A stretch of 64,000 nt of DNA from Candidatus Delongbacteria bacterium. Its GTDB lineage: Bacteria; CAIWAD01. Below, one piece after another: positions 62,909 through 64,000 of the stretch; within the stretch, counting starts at the first letter, position 1; each line of letters begins with the position of its first letter. Location: NCBI GenBank assembly GCA_963663545.1, contig OY760505.1, positions 3,136,001 through 3,200,000 of the forward strand. The letters are read 5' to 3'. A program made the translations under genes and the position numbers. The notes beneath the pieces were generated by a model, which saw nothing but the letters and a program-made list of their open reading frames with translations, did no database searches and was not told where the DNA came from.

Positions 62909-63832
62909 ATGAAAATCATGGTCACGGGTGGAGCGGGTTTTATCGGCTCCCACACAGTAGACGCGCTCATTGCGCGTGGTGATGAAGTGCTGATTGTTGA
63001 CAACCTGGTTACCGGCCAGCGCGAATTCATCAACCCCGCCGCTGACTTTCGCGAGATGGATATCCGTGATGCCGCTCTGCGCGAGTTGGCCAAGGAAGAG
63101 GGCGTTGAAGGCGTGATCCATCTGGCTGCGCAAATCGATGTGCGCAAGAGTGTGGCCGATCCCATCTTTGATGCGCAGAGCAATATCCTGGGCAGCCTGA
63201 ATGTCATTGAAGCCGCGCTCGCAGCGGGTGCCCGTCGCTTCGTCTTTGCCTCCACCGGTGGAGCCATCTATGGTGACACAGACGAACGTCCTACACCCGA
63301 GACGGCGCTGTGTCAACCTTGCTCGCCCTATGGCATTACCAAATTCAGCATCGAGAAATACCTCTACTACTATCAGGTGCAGCACGGTTTGTCCTATGCC
63401 GTCAACCGTTATGCCAACGTCTACGGACCGCGGCAAAATCCCCACGGTGAGGCGGGCGTTGTCGCTATCTTTGCACAGCGCATGCTGCGCGGCGAGCCCC
63501 TGGCCATTAACGGCGACGGCACCCAGACACGCGACTATGTTTTCGTCGGTGATGTGGTGCGCGCGAATCTGGCGGCTCTGGACGCCGACTACATCGGTGT
63601 CTGCAACATCGGCACGGCGGTGGAATCCGACGTCAATCGCATCTTCCATTTGATCAACGATGCCTTGGAGGCGGGCCGTGAAGAAACGCACGGACCAGTC
63701 AAACCGGGTGAACAGAAGACCAGCTGCGTCGATTGGCGCCTGGCCAGCAAGTTGATGGGCTGGAAACCGCAGGTCAGCCTGGATGAGGGCATCCGGCAAA
63801 CGGCGCACTGGTTCCGGGACCAGCATCAATGA
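62909..63832 (+). CDS. NAD-dependent epimerase (UDP-glucose 4-epimerase-like)
   Basis: '[10 protein letters not shown]', 'HLAAQ', 'ASTGGAIYG', YxxxK ('YGITK'), 'NVYGPRQ', 'TRDYVFV'. Confidence 0.9.
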   Translation: MKIMVTGGAGFIGSHTVDALIARGDEVLIVDNLVTGQREFINPAADFREMDIRDAALRELAKEEGVEGVIHLAAQIDVRKSVADPIFDAQSNILGSLNVIEAALAAGARRFVFASTGGAIYGDTDERPTPETALCQPCSPYGITKFSIEKYLYYYQVQHGLSYAVNRYANVYGPRQNPHGEAGVVAIFAQRMLRGEPLAINGDGTQTRDYVFVGDVVRANLAALDADYIGVCNIGTAVESDVNRIFHLINDALEAGREETHGPVKPGEQKTSCVDWRLASKLMGWKPQVSLDEGIRQTAHWFRDQHQ

Positions 63833-64000
63833 TACCGCTCCTGGCACAGGCGGGCATCGCGGGCAGCAGTCCGGCGATGGAGCAGATTGCGACTCTGATT
63901 GCGCAAGTGGCCGACACGGATCTTTCTGTGATGATCACCGGCGAGTCGGGCAGTGGCAAAGAGCTCATCGCCCGCGCCATTCACGACAACTCCAGCCGAC
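63829..64000 (+). CDS. Sigma-54 enhancer-binding protein, 3'-truncated by window edge (not in ORF track)
   Basis: ATGA overlap; [52 protein letters not shown]; no N-terminal REC domain. Confidence 0.85.
   Translation, partial: MIPLLAQAGIAGSSPAMEQIATLIAQVADTDLSVMITGESGSGKELIARAIHDNSSR

Overview
Bacterial chromosomal window, moderately GC-rich. Almost every gene is on the + strand; the exception is a minus-strand block at 53.9-57.9 kb. Several secreted proteins carry a 'YPNPFN..YNLLGQ..SGxY' (T9SS type-A/FlgD-like) tail and there are LPS core genes, which suggests a diderm of the FCB superphylum (inference). Housekeeping genes: hutU, hutI, miaA, pcm, smpB, tyrS, polyprenyl synthase, waaF-like, waaA, uvrB, purD, a sugar epimerase and a tRNA-Ala/Gly/Cys operon. 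Also present: a 12-kb signalling cluster, two orphan microcompartment shell genes, S8 proteases, a ~2035-aa repeat surface protein, yraN and comEC. The most striking signal is not a gene: the heptamer GTGATAC/GTATCAC (context YGTGATACR, with centre variants) occurs about 90 times by my hand count against roughly 6 expected. It lies on both strands, in all reading frames, in start/stop codons and densely in comEC, so it is a candidate DNA-uptake sequence or other highly iterated genome mark. Other items the ORF track does not show: a CxxU selenoprotein with a SECIS hairpin (11022-11237), a candidate sigma-54-driven ~170-nt structured RNA (48629-48801), an M6-like protease that has lost its HExxH motif, a TruC-methyltransferase fusion and a pseudo-kinase with Asp in place of the phosphoacceptor His. 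All family calls are by motif recognition; no searches were run.
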